Origin: Pirellulales bacterium
Lineage (GTDB): Bacteria; Planctomycetota; Planctomycetia; Pirellulales; PALSA-1355
Length of the DNA: 64,000 nucleotides
Direction: 5' to 3'
Assembly (NCBI GenBank): GCA_963733035.1
Contig: CAVTBU010000008.1
Coordinates: 1 to 64,000 of the forward strand
Under the pieces are notes generated by a model. It saw only the letters and a program-made list of their open reading frames with translations. It searched no databases and was not told the origin of the DNA. Shown here one piece after another: positions 8,353 through 16,818 of the stretch. Numbering within the stretch: the first letter of the stretch is position 1; the number at the start of each line of letters is the position of its first letter. A program made the translations under genes and the position numbers.

Positions 8353-8540
8353 AGCTCGTTCCTTTCAGGTCGTGGAATTAAATTCTGGGTGGAACCGCGG
8401 GGCCAAGGTTCGTGGGCCCCGACGGGCGAGGCATATCATAGCGAATTGTTTTCACTCTGCCCAATTTGGCGCGCTTTTGCGCGATGGCGGCTTCTGCTAG
8501 CCTAGTGCAAACCTAGCACGGCATTTCGGCGCAAATTCCC

Positions 8541-9614
8541 ATGGATCCGTTGAACCTCGAAGAGTACGAGCAGCAGGCTCGCGAGCGACTTCCCCAGCTT
8601 GTATACGATTACTATGCCGGCGGGGCAGGGGACGAGGTAACGGTTCGCGACAATCGCGCCGGCTGGCAGCGAATTCGATTGCGGCCCCGCGTTTTGGTCG
8701 ACGTGGCCACGCGCCGTCTGGCGACCACCGTGCTCGGTGTTCCCACCAGCCTGCCGGTAATGACGGCACCGTGCGCGTTCAATTCGCTGGCCCATCCCGA
8801 CGGCGAATTGGCAGTCGCGCGGGCGACGGCCGCTACGGGTGTGATTCAAGTCGTCAGCACCGCTGGAACGAACTCGCTCGAAGATGTGGCTGCCGCTGCT
8901 CCCGGTGGGCACCGCTGGTTTCAGCTCTACTGCTACCGCGACCGTGAAGTTACCAAGTGGCTCGTCGAGCGGGCTGTTGCCGCCGGTTATCGCGCGCTCT
9001 GCCTGACGGTCGACGCGCCGCTGGTCGGGCGCCGCGAGCGCGACACCCGCAATCGCTTTGCGCTGCCGCACGGCATGTCGTGGAAGAACCTCGAAGGCGT
9101 GGGGCTCGATCAAATGGAGGCGGTGCCAGACGGCTCGGCCCTGGTGCATTACATTTCGTCCATCTGGGATTCGTCGCTTACCTGGGACGCCGTCGAGTGG
9201 CTGCGCGGGCTGTCCGATTTGCCGCTGGTGCTCAAAGGCATTCTCACGGCCGACGACGCGGTGCGCGCTGTCGAACACGGCGCGGCCGGCATCGTAGTAT
9301 CTAACCACGGTGGCCGCCAACTCGATGGCACCCTGTCGACCAGCGACGCGCTGGCCGAAGTCGTCGACGCGGTCGGTGATCGCACCGAGATATTCGTCGA
9401 CGGAGGCATTCGCCGCGGCAGCGACGTGCTGAAGGCCTTGGCCATCGGCGCCAGAGCCGTGCTCATCGGACGGCCGTACTTGTGGGGCCTGGCCGTTGGT
9501 GGCGAAGCAGGTGTGACGCACGTGCTCGACATTCTGCGCGACGAGTTGGACCTCGACATGGCACTCGCCGGGAGACCGACGATTGCAAGCATCGATCGCT
9601 CGCTGGTTGGCTAA
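8541..9614 (+). CDS. FMN-dependent alpha-hydroxy acid oxidase/dehydrogenase
   Basis: YDYYAGGA, WFQLY, LTVDAP..GRRERD, VVSNHGGRQLD, DGGIRRGSD. Confidence 0.95.
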   Translation: MDPLNLEEYEQQARERLPQLVYDYYAGGAGDEVTVRDNRAGWQRIRLRPRVLVDVATRRLATTVLGVPTSLPVMTAPCAFNSLAHPDGELAVARATAATGVIQVVSTAGTNSLEDVAAAAPGGHRWFQLYCYRDREVTKWLVERAVAAGYRALCLTVDAPLVGRRERDTRNRFALPHGMSWKNLEGVGLDQMEAVPDGSALVHYISSIWDSSLTWDAVEWLRGLSDLPLVLKGILTADDAVRAVEHGAAGIVVSNHGGRQLDGTLSTSDALAEVVDAVGDRTEIFVDGGIRRGSDVLKALAIGARAVLIGRPYLWGLAVGGEAGVTHVLDILRDELDLDMALAGRPTIASIDRSLVG

Positions 9615-9665
9615 CGATTTCACGACACGAACTTAGCGCGATAGACATTGCAATCCGCGGCTGTT

Positions 9666-9694
9666 TTGCACTTCCCGCGTTGAGCTAGTACACT
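9666..9694 (+). promoter_or_regulatory. Sigma70-type promoter
   Basis: TTGCAC-17 nt-TACACT upstream of the Gfo/Idh/MocA gene. Confidence 0.55.
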
Positions 9695-9781
9695 AAAGGC
9701 TTACCCCGTCGGGCAATGCAGCGACTGGGTGCCCGCCCGATATCTCCATCCTCCGAATTCCTACTCCAAAGGTGTGTTTCG

Positions 9782-11074
9782 ATGAGCAACTCCTCGCAGA
9801 GTCGTCGTACGTTTTTGGCCCAGTCGTCTGCCGCTGCCGCGGCTGGTTTGACGGTTCCCTATTGGTTCACCGGCCGCACAGCCCGCGCCGCCGAGAGCAA
9901 GAACGATCGACCGATCGTCGGCTGTATCGGCACCGGCGACCGCTGGAAAGGGGGACTCGCCGACCCGATTCGCAAGCACGGCGATATCGTGGCCGTGTGC
10001 GACGTCGATCGCAAGCATGCCGAGGAGGGGCGCGAGAAGGCAGGTGGCAAGGCCGACATTTACGGCGACTATCGCAAGCTGCTCGACCGCGACGACATCG
10101 AAGTGGTGTCGATCGTCACGCCCGACCACTGGCACTCGAAGATCGCCATCGAAGCGATGAAGGCCGGCAAGGATATTTACTGCGAGAAGCCGCTCACGCT
10201 CACCATCGACGAAGGCAAGCTGATCTGCAAAGTGCTCAAAGACACCGGCCGCGTCTTCCAGGTCGGCACGCAGCAGCGGACCGAAATGCACCAGCGGTTC
10301 CTCACGGCCATCGCCATGATCCGCGACGGCCGCATTGGCAAAGTCAAGAAAGTCACCTGCGCGATCGGCGGCGCGCCAACCGGCGGCCCGTTCGAGCCGA
10401 TGCCGGTGCCCCCGGAACTCAACTGGGAGATGTGGCTTGGCCAGGCTCCGCTGGTCGACTACACCAAGAACCGTTGCCACTACGAATTTCGCTGGTGGTA
10501 TGAATACTCCGGCGGCAAGATGACCGACTGGGGTGCCCACCACGTCGACATCGCCAGTTGGGCCATCGGCGCCGACGACACGGGTCCGATCACCGTCGAA
10601 GGCACGGCCGTGCATCCGCACATTCCCAACGGTTACAACACGGCCACCGAATTCCTGGTGAATTGCAAGTACGCCGACGGCGTGGACCTGGTCATTCGCC
10701 ACGACACCGAGAACGGCATCACGTTCGAAGGCACCGAAGGCACGTTCTTCGTCAGCCGTGGCGACCTCAATGGTAAGCCGGTCGACGACCTCACGAGCAA
10801 CCCGCTCCCCGAAGATGCCATCATCAAGCTTTACCGCGGTAAGCCGACCACGCACATGGCCAATTTCTTCGACTGCGTGAAGAGCCGCAAGCTGCCGATC
10901 TCCGACGTCTACACGCATCACCGCGCAATGACCACCTGCCACCTGGCCAACATCGCCATCCGCCTCGGCCGCAAGATCAACTGGAACCCCGAGACCGAGC
11001 AGATCGAAGGCGACAGTGAAGCCCAGGCCATGCAAAGCCGGGCCCAACGCAAGGGCTACGAAGTCGTGGCGTAA
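9782..11074 (+). CDS. Tat-exported Gfo/Idh/MocA oxidoreductase
   Basis: SRRTFL twin-arginine signal; [26 protein letters not shown]. Confidence 0.93.
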   Translation: MSNSSQSRRTFLAQSSAAAAAGLTVPYWFTGRTARAAESKNDRPIVGCIGTGDRWKGGLADPIRKHGDIVAVCDVDRKHAEEGREKAGGKADIYGDYRKLLDRDDIEVVSIVTPDHWHSKIAIEAMKAGKDIYCEKPLTLTIDEGKLICKVLKDTGRVFQVGTQQRTEMHQRFLTAIAMIRDGRIGKVKKVTCAIGGAPTGGPFEPMPVPPELNWEMWLGQAPLVDYTKNRCHYEFRWWYEYSGGKMTDWGAHHVDIASWAIGADDTGPITVEGTAVHPHIPNGYNTATEFLVNCKYADGVDLVIRHDTENGITFEGTEGTFFVSRGDLNGKPVDDLTSNPLPEDAIIKLYRGKPTTHMANFFDCVKSRKLPISDVYTHHRAMTTCHLANIAIRLGRKINWNPETEQIEGDSEAQAMQSRAQRKGYEVVA

Positions 11075-11096
11075 GCCGACGTTCTTTTTAAAGACC

Positions 11097-11135
11097 CAAC
11101 GCCCTGGCGAGAGGCAAACTCTCGTCAGGGCGTTG
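11097..11135 (+). terminator. Hairpin terminator after the Gfo/Idh/MocA gene
   Basis: CAACGCCCTGGCGAGAG-loop-CTCTCGTCAGGGCGTTG, a 17-bp stem. Confidence 0.65.
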
Positions 11136-11282
11136 TTGTCTGTGTCGGTCAACGCGTCGTCGCGGCATGGGGAAGTACTGACGCGGATACGATGACTGAA
11201 TCGTCGCACCTGGATTACCAACGTGCAGTTTCGTGAGTCTTTGTCGGTGCTGTGCTTTTGTGAATGCGGTTGCAATTTGCCT

Positions 11283-11373
11283 GGGCCAACGGCCCAGCCT
11301 GCAGCAGCCAGGGGCAACGCCCCTGGAATTGGAAGCGCATCCACACGATTTCCATCTTGAGCCCCAACGGGGC
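11283..11373. repeat. REP-like palindrome cluster, left of tnpA
   Basis: GGGCCAACGGCCC, CCAGGGGCAACGCCCCTGG and GCCCCAACGGGGC hairpins. Confidence 0.75.
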
Positions 11374-11392
11374 GATCTTCCCGCGAACGCTT

Positions 11393-11845
11393 TCAATCCC
11401 AGACGTATCGTTCGTCGAATTCTATTTCGTTGCGCTCTAGCAACATTCGAAACTCGTCCTGAAAACTGCGCGATTGGTGGTGCTCCTTTTGTTGGCGAAT
11501 GTAGTCAATCACTTGCTGTGCGTTCGACTGACTCACGGAAAATGCACCATATCCGCTTTGCCAATGAAACCCCGAAAACAACGCGTTCTTTGTCTTGATC
11601 CACTTGGAGGTGGACGTTTTCAGCTCCTCCACGACCGCGGCAATCGTCGTCACACGCGAAAGCGCGAATAGCGTGTGCAGATGATCCGCCATGCCGTTCA
11701 TGGCCAGGCACGGACAGCCCATGTTTTGCAGGACCGTTGTGCCGTAGGCGTGTAGTTCGGATTCAACATTACGGCGAATCCAGGGATCTCTGTTCTTCGT
11801 GCTGAACACCAGATGGACGAGCACCGAAGAAAGGGATTGAGGCAT
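11393..11845 (-). CDS. tnpA: HUH Y1 transposase (IS200/IS605 TnpA superfamily, REP-associated type)
   Basis: HLVFSTKNR, DHLH (HUH), FHWQSGYGAFSVS, YIRQQKEHH (catalytic Tyr); no tnpB nearby. Confidence 0.93.
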   Translation of the reverse strand: MPQSLSSVLVHLVFSTKNRDPWIRRNVESELHAYGTTVLQNMGCPCLAMNGMADHLHTLFALSRVTTIAAVVEELKTSTSKWIKTKNALFSGFHWQSGYGAFSVSQSNAQQVIDYIRQQKEHHQSRSFQDEFRMLLERNEIEFDERYVWD

Positions 11846-11875
11846 GGATGGCACTCACGAATACAACAATTCGGC

Positions 11876-11968
11876 GCGGGCCTTCAGCCCGCACGGCAAA
11901 CGAGTTTCGATTGTATCTCGATTCCAGGGGCAATGCCCCTGGCTATTGCATCAGGGGCCGTTGGCCCC
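11876..11968. repeat. REP-like palindrome cluster, right of tnpA; inverted copy of the left cluster
   Basis: GCGGGCCTTCAGCCCGC, CCAGGGGCAATGCCCCTGG, GGGGCCGTTGGCCCC. Confidence 0.75.
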
Positions 11969-12770
11969 GCAATATTCGATACCTGCGCGTGACGCGGAAA
12001 CTCGAAAGTCTCCGCTTGAAATCGGGCCAGCACCTGCGGCATACTCACCCGCGGTCGGATGGCCTGCGACGTGTGGACGAGCAACAAGCCTGGGACCTTG
12101 GTTGTCTTGTCTTTGGAACCTGCCCATCCCCGCCGACACGTTTCGGCGGCACGAGGATTACGGGGTTCGCTTGCGTCCACATGTTCGCCGCTTGCCGCAA
12201 AACGACGGCGCCGGGGTACCACGGCGCTGCTCTTGCGCGGCAGGTCTGGCTGTCTTTGCCGCACGAAGGTTTTTTAGCCTGGCTTGGCGGTGGCGGAAGC
12301 CGCCGTCACTTGACGTACTGGTAAAACGAGTGCTTCGTGCTGCATGCCGCGTGTCGCGCCGCTCGGTCGATGGCCGAGGAGTGACCAACCATTAACCACT
12401 TTCAAAGTCCAATCCCGGCTCAACCGAGCACGACACGCTTCTGTTTTTAAAAAGCGTCCAACCAAACGCCGTGCGCACCCTTGCGCTGGCGTTTGGTTTT
12501 TTTGTTTTCAATTCGTCCTTTGTGCCCTTGGTGGTTTTTTATCAACATCCTGTTTTTAATTGCTTACAGTTGCCCCTTCGCAGCCTTGGGTTCATTCGGA
12601 AGAATCGCGATTCGCGTCCACAGGACCAGGGGCCGACGCCCGCTGGCCATTCGGGGTCGCCGCTGTGTGGCTGTTGCGCAGGCCCGCGTTGTCGGTCGGG
12701 CCTGAGTGACACGCAAAGTCACAAAGAAGTGTCTGCCAGGCCAGGGCCTGACCTACTAGAAATGCGCCCC

Positions 12771-14078
12771 TTACCCATTGAACTTGCTGGCGACGAGGGC
12801 GATGTTTTGGCCGCCGAAGCCGAAGCTGTTGCTGAGGGTGTGTTCGCACTTCGACGGGCGGGCCTGGTTGGGGATGTAGTCCAGGTCGCACGCCGGGTCC
12901 GGGGTGTGGTAGTTGATCGTCGGCGGCAGCACCCCGTCGCGGATCGCCATCAGGCACACGATCAATTCCGTCGCCCCGGCCGCCGCGATCAAATGACCCA
13001 TCATGCTCTTGGTGCTCGACACGGGCGTCTGGTACGCCGCGTTCTCCCCCAACGCCTTCTTGATCGCCAGCGTCTCCACCCGATCGTTCACGCTCGTGCT
13101 CGTCCCGTGCGCGTTGATGTAGTGCAGGTCCGTCGGGTTCAGCTCCGCATCCTGCAGGGCCAGCTGAATGCACCTGGCCGCCCCACGTCCTTCCGGATGC
13201 GTGTCGGTGATCCGGTACGCGTCGGCCGTGCTCCCATAGCCGGTCAATTCTCCATAAATCTGCGCACCACGCCGCTTGGCGTGCTCCAATTCCTCCAGCA
13301 CCACCATCGACGCCCCTTCCCCCAGCACAAACCCGTCCCGGTCCTTGTCGAACGGACGCGAAGCTTCCTGCGGATGGTCGTTGTTGGTGCTCAAGGCCGT
13401 CAGCAGGTTAAATCCCGTCACGCCGAACGGGTGAATCATGCTGTGCGTCCCGCCCGACAGCATCACGTCCGCGTCCCCCCGCCGGATCAGCTCCGACGCC
13501 TCGCCGATCGCCTGGCTGCTAGCGGCACAAGCCGTCAGGCAGTTGGCATTCGGGCCCTGCGCGTTGAACATCGCCGCCAGGTGGCCGGCCGGCATGTTCG
13601 GCTCCTGCTCCAACTCCACCGTCGGGTGCAGCCACTCCAGGCCCGCCTTGGTGAACAACGCCAAATCGAACGCCTCGCCACGCAGGGCACTGGCCATCAT
13701 CCGCGCAAAGCACTGGAAGTCCTGCTGTCCCTCGCCGCTCCCCAGGTACACGCCAAACCGGGTCGGATCCAGGCTCGTATCCAAGATCCCCGCGTCGCCA
13801 ACCGCCTTCTTGGCCGCCCCGGCCGCGAACTTCGTGTGCCGGCCACGCAGCTGCCACACCGCCGGGTCTTCCCCCACCTGGCCCACGTCCCAGTCGCGCA
13901 CCTCGGCCGAGATCTTCGTCGGGAACCGGCTGGCGTCGAAGATCGACGTGTAGCCCACCCCCGACTGACCTTGCTTCAGCCCTTCCCACAGCTGGTGCAC
14001 GTCGGTCCCCATCGGCGTGATCACGCCCACGCCCGTCACGACCACCCGTCGACGCTGCTGCGCCCGATCGATCATCAT
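12771..14078 (-). CDS. fabF: Beta-ketoacyl-ACP synthase, FabF-like (copy 1)
   Basis: RVVVTGVG, TACAAS (Cys), DGFVLGEG, NAHGTST, KSMMGHL, SNSFGFGG. Confidence 0.93.
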   Translation of the reverse strand: MMIDRAQQRRRVVVTGVGVITPMGTDVHQLWEGLKQGQSGVGYTSIFDASRFPTKISAEVRDWDVGQVGEDPAVWQLRGRHTKFAAGAAKKAVGDAGILDTSLDPTRFGVYLGSGEGQQDFQCFARMMASALRGEAFDLALFTKAGLEWLHPTVELEQEPNMPAGHLAAMFNAQGPNANCLTACAASSQAIGEASELIRRGDADVMLSGGTHSMIHPFGVTGFNLLTALSTNNDHPQEASRPFDKDRDGFVLGEGASMVVLEELEHAKRRGAQIYGELTGYGSTADAYRITDTHPEGRGAARCIQLALQDAELNPTDLHYINAHGTSTSVNDRVETLAIKKALGENAAYQTPVSSTKSMMGHLIAAAGATELIVCLMAIRDGVLPPTINYHTPDPACDLDYIPNQARPSKCEHTLSNSFGFGGQNIALVASKFNG

Positions 14079-14135
14079 GGTTCGTCCCCTCGCCCCTGTG
14101 GTGGGTATTGCCCCTTCTGGGTATTCCTGTGCGTA

Positions 14136-14663
14136 TTACGTGCCGCTCGCCTGCGCCTGCAAGCTGGCCGGTATCGACAGCGGCTCCCCCGCGGCGTCGC
14201 GACCCACGTCGAACACCCCCAGCAGCTTCAACATCGCCAGCAGGCTCGGCGGATCGAACAGCGACTTGCTCCCCGCCACCGTCTCGCTCAGGTGCGCAAA
14301 GAACAACTGCACCTCCGCCTGCAAACGAGGGCCCACGTGGCTCGTCCCGCTCACGATCGCCCCGTCCTTATGGATATCGTCTATCGTCACCTGATAGACC
14401 AGCGTGTCACCCGGACTCGCCGAGAAGTGGAACCGCGCCTTGGCCACCTTCGCCAGCACCACCCGCTCCTCGAAGTCCCCATGCTCGGCCACCAGCAGAC
14501 CGCCCGTCTGCGCCAAACCCTCGATCACCAACGCATTGGGCATCAGCGGCGCGCCGGGGAAGTGATCGTGCAGGTGGCCCTCGGCCAGCGACACGTTCTT
14601 CAACGCCGTCGCCGTCCGACCACTCTCAAACTGCGTGAATCGATCAATCCAAAACCAACGCAT
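14136..14663 (-). CDS. FabZ-like hotdog dehydratase (copy 1)
   Basis: WIDR, ALKNVS, DHFPGAPLMPNALVIEGLAQ with His and Glu retained. Confidence 0.9.
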   Translation of the reverse strand: MRWFWIDRFTQFESGRTATALKNVSLAEGHLHDHFPGAPLMPNALVIEGLAQTGGLLVAEHGDFEERVVLAKVAKARFHFSASPGDTLVYQVTIDDIHKDGAIVSGTSHVGPRLQAEVQLFFAHLSETVAGSKSLFDPPSLLAMLKLLGVFDVGRDAAGEPLSIPASLQAQASGT

Positions 14664-14777
14664 GATGCTTAGGCCTGAGGCTCAAGACTCGAGGCTTGTG
14701 GAACCGAAAGGCGGAACTCAGCAGGATCCACGATGAGCAGGACCCGGCTTCATCCCCCCAAATGCATCCGGCCCCCC

Positions 14778-15167
14778 TCACGCTCCCACTTTGCTCTCCA
14801 CGTAGCGGCACATGTCCTGCACCGTCAGCAGGTTCCCAAAATCCTGCACCACCGGGTTGGCAGAAAACGCCGACAGGTCCGCAAACGGCATCCGGGCCTC
14901 CAACTGCTTCAGCCCCTCGGCCGTCACCTTCCCGTTCTGCACAAACTGCGCGTTCGTCAAAATATCCTCCGGAAACAACTCCCCACGAGGAATCTTGATG
15001 TCAAACGACTTCTCCAGACGGAACACAATGTCCAAAAAGTCTATCGACTCCGCTCCCAAGTCTCCCACCAATCGCGCTCCCGGCGTCACCTCCTCCTCGT
15101 CCACTCCCAACGCATCCACCAACGACTCCTGAACCTTCGAAAATACCTCCTCCTTCGTCACCACCAT
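14778..15167 (-). CDS. Extended acyl carrier protein (copy 1)
   Basis: DLGAESIDFLDIVFRLEKSFDI carries the phosphopantetheine Ser; 129 aa with a long insertion before the last helix. Confidence 0.92.
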   Translation of the reverse strand: MVVTKEEVFSKVQESLVDALGVDEEEVTPGARLVGDLGAESIDFLDIVFRLEKSFDIKIPRGELFPEDILTNAQFVQNGKVTAEGLKQLEARMPFADLSAFSANPVVQDFGNLLTVQDMCRYVESKVGA

Positions 15168-15303
15168 CGCTCACATCCTCCGTTTAACAAAATTGTGTCT
15201 CGTCGCGCTGGTGCATCGACGATTAGTCGTGGCCCCGCATGCGAGCGGAAATTCCGTCGCAGATACGCCCGAAATCGCCCGGCGACATTCGCCAGACATG
15301 CGA

Positions 15304-16056
15304 TCAAGCGCCGCCCAAACTGATTCCTCCGTCAACGCGCAGCACCTGGCCGGTGATGTAACTGGCCTGGTCGCTGGCGAGAAATGCGACGGCCGTGGCA
15401 ATTTCCTCGGGCTGACCGACGCGGCGCAGCGGGATGGCGTCCTTGATGCGGTCGCCGGCAATACCACGAACGGCTTCGCTCATTTCGGTCTCGATCATGC
15501 CCGGGGCCACGGCGTTGACGCGCACCTTGCGGCTAGCCAGTTCCTTGGCCAGGCAGCGAGTGAGCCCGTCGATGCCCCCTTTGCTGGCGGCATAGTTGAC
15601 TTGCCCGCGCGAACCAAACTCGGCCGCCACACTCGAAATGTTCACGATGCTCCCCTTGCGGCGCGAAAGCATCGGTCGCGTGACGGCATGGCAATAATGA
15701 TACGTGCCACCCAAATTCGTATCGATCACCCCGCGCCATTGCTCGGCACTCATCGTGGCGAACAGTCCGTCGTGAATTACCCCGGCCGAGTTGACCAGAA
15801 TGTCGATCTGGCCCCAAGACTCGAGCAACTCTTCCACGATCTGTTCGGCGCGCGCGCCATCGGTAACGTCGGCTTGAATCGGCAGCGCCTCGCGGCCGGC
15901 CTGCCGCAACTCGGCGACGAGCACGTCGGCGGCGTCGCGCCTTTTGTGATAGAGGAATGCGACCCGGGCGCCATCGGCGGCAAGCTGCTGGACGCAGGCT
16001 CGTCCAATACCGCGGCTACCGCCGGTAATGAGAGCTGTTTTGCCTTCTAGACGCAT
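15304..16056 (-). CDS. fabG: 3-oxoacyl-ACP reductase (FabG-like SDR)
   Basis: TGGSRGIG, NISSV, NYAASKGG, VAPGMIET. Confidence 0.9.
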   Translation of the reverse strand: MRLEGKTALITGGSRGIGRACVQQLAADGARVAFLYHKRRDAADVLVAELRQAGREALPIQADVTDGARAEQIVEELLESWGQIDILVNSAGVIHDGLFATMSAEQWRGVIDTNLGGTYHYCHAVTRPMLSRRKGSIVNISSVAAEFGSRGQVNYAASKGGIDGLTRCLAKELASRKVRVNAVAPGMIETEMSEAVRGIAGDRIKDAIPLRRVGQPEEIATAVAFLASDQASYITGQVLRVDGGISLGGA

Positions 16057-16059
16057 CAG

Positions 16060-16605
16060 TCACACCTTGCCCCGGCTGGTTTCGGAGGGGGCGGCAACAA
16101 GCGAGTCGTCGGCTTCGGTATCGGTGAGCGTTTCCACCGGGTGATAGAGTAGCGTCAGACGCGAACGTTGCAGTTCTCGCAAGTGCTTGTCGGTATCCGC
16201 CAAGAGAGGGCGAGTGTCGGCCAGATTGTACCGTTCCAGGACCAACCGACCGCTAACCGCCGAGTGTCCCTCCAGACTTCCCTGGGCCTTAAATTCGACT
16301 TCGCGATCGCCAAGCTTGTGAATTTCGGCCGTCACAGTGAGCACGCGACCGGGCTGCACGAAGTCGGCAAAACGGATGTTGCGAGCCTCCTTGAGCGTAA
16401 TGATGCTGTACGCGAAGTCCTCGGTGGCGCCAATCAGCATCGCCGCCGCGTCGGTCAGCGACTGCAGCATCAACACACCCGGCATGACCGGAAACCGGGG
16501 AAAGTGGTCGGCCAGATATTCCTCCCCCATCGAGAGGCATTTGAGGGTCGTGATTCTCACGCCCGGCTCAAGGTGGAGTACTCGATCGACAAACGTAAAC
16601 TGCAT
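16060..16605 (-). CDS. FabZ-like hotdog protein with catalytic Glu replaced by Gln
   Basis: MQFTFVDRV..DHFPRFPVMPGVLMLQSL. Confidence 0.88.
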   Translation of the reverse strand: MQFTFVDRVLHLEPGVRITTLKCLSMGEEYLADHFPRFPVMPGVLMLQSLTDAAAMLIGATEDFAYSIITLKEARNIRFADFVQPGRVLTVTAEIHKLGDREVEFKAQGSLEGHSAVSGRLVLERYNLADTRPLLADTDKHLRELQRSRLTLLYHPVETLTDTEADDSLVAAPSETSRGKV

Positions 16606-16646
16606 AGGGCGATCGGGAAAAACCGGGGGGGCTTTGAAAACGTCGT

Positions 16647-16675
16647 AGTATATCGCGACGTTGAAATCGCCACAA
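16647..16675 (-). promoter_or_regulatory. Putative promoter of the fab-like operon
   Basis: Minus strand TTGTGG-17 nt-TATACT, about 40 nt above ATG 16605. Confidence 0.45.
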
Positions 16676-16818
16676 CCGCCAAAGCGCATCGCAGGCCGCC
16701 CGGCTTGCCGGAATTAACAGCGACTGACCACCTCGCATCTGGTCGCCTATAATTGGAACAGGCCGGAGCCGTGGGCGACGGTTGTTGTTTAGCCAAGCCA
16801 CACTGCTGAAATTTGGCC

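Larger units (their letters stand above)
12766..15188. repeat. Direct repeat copy 1 (~2.42 kb: KS, dehydratase, ACP)
   Basis: Matches 26490-28912 at a constant offset of 13,724; overlapping ORFs in several frames translate identically. Confidence 0.97.

Noticed and set aside
11283..11968. CRISPR array or integron attC sites
   Set aside because: The repeats are inverted palindromes around a transposase, not regularly spaced direct repeats; no cas or integrase genes in the window
11970..12765. Coding potential or ncRNA in the ~800-bp gap
   Set aside because: ORFs look spurious; only degenerate REP-like and short pyrimidine-rich repeats are visible, with no recognisable RNA family
12471..14672. 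733-aa and other long antisense or alternate-frame ORFs (also 9761-11344, 26630-28396, 8502-9623, 2400-3308)
   Set aside because: Shadow ORFs of real high-GC genes; no recognisable motifs
14670..14700. Degenerate heptamer run AGGCCTG-AGGCTCA-AGACTCG-AGGCTTG (also in copy 2)
   Set aside because: Too short and degenerate to call more than an intergenic simple repeat
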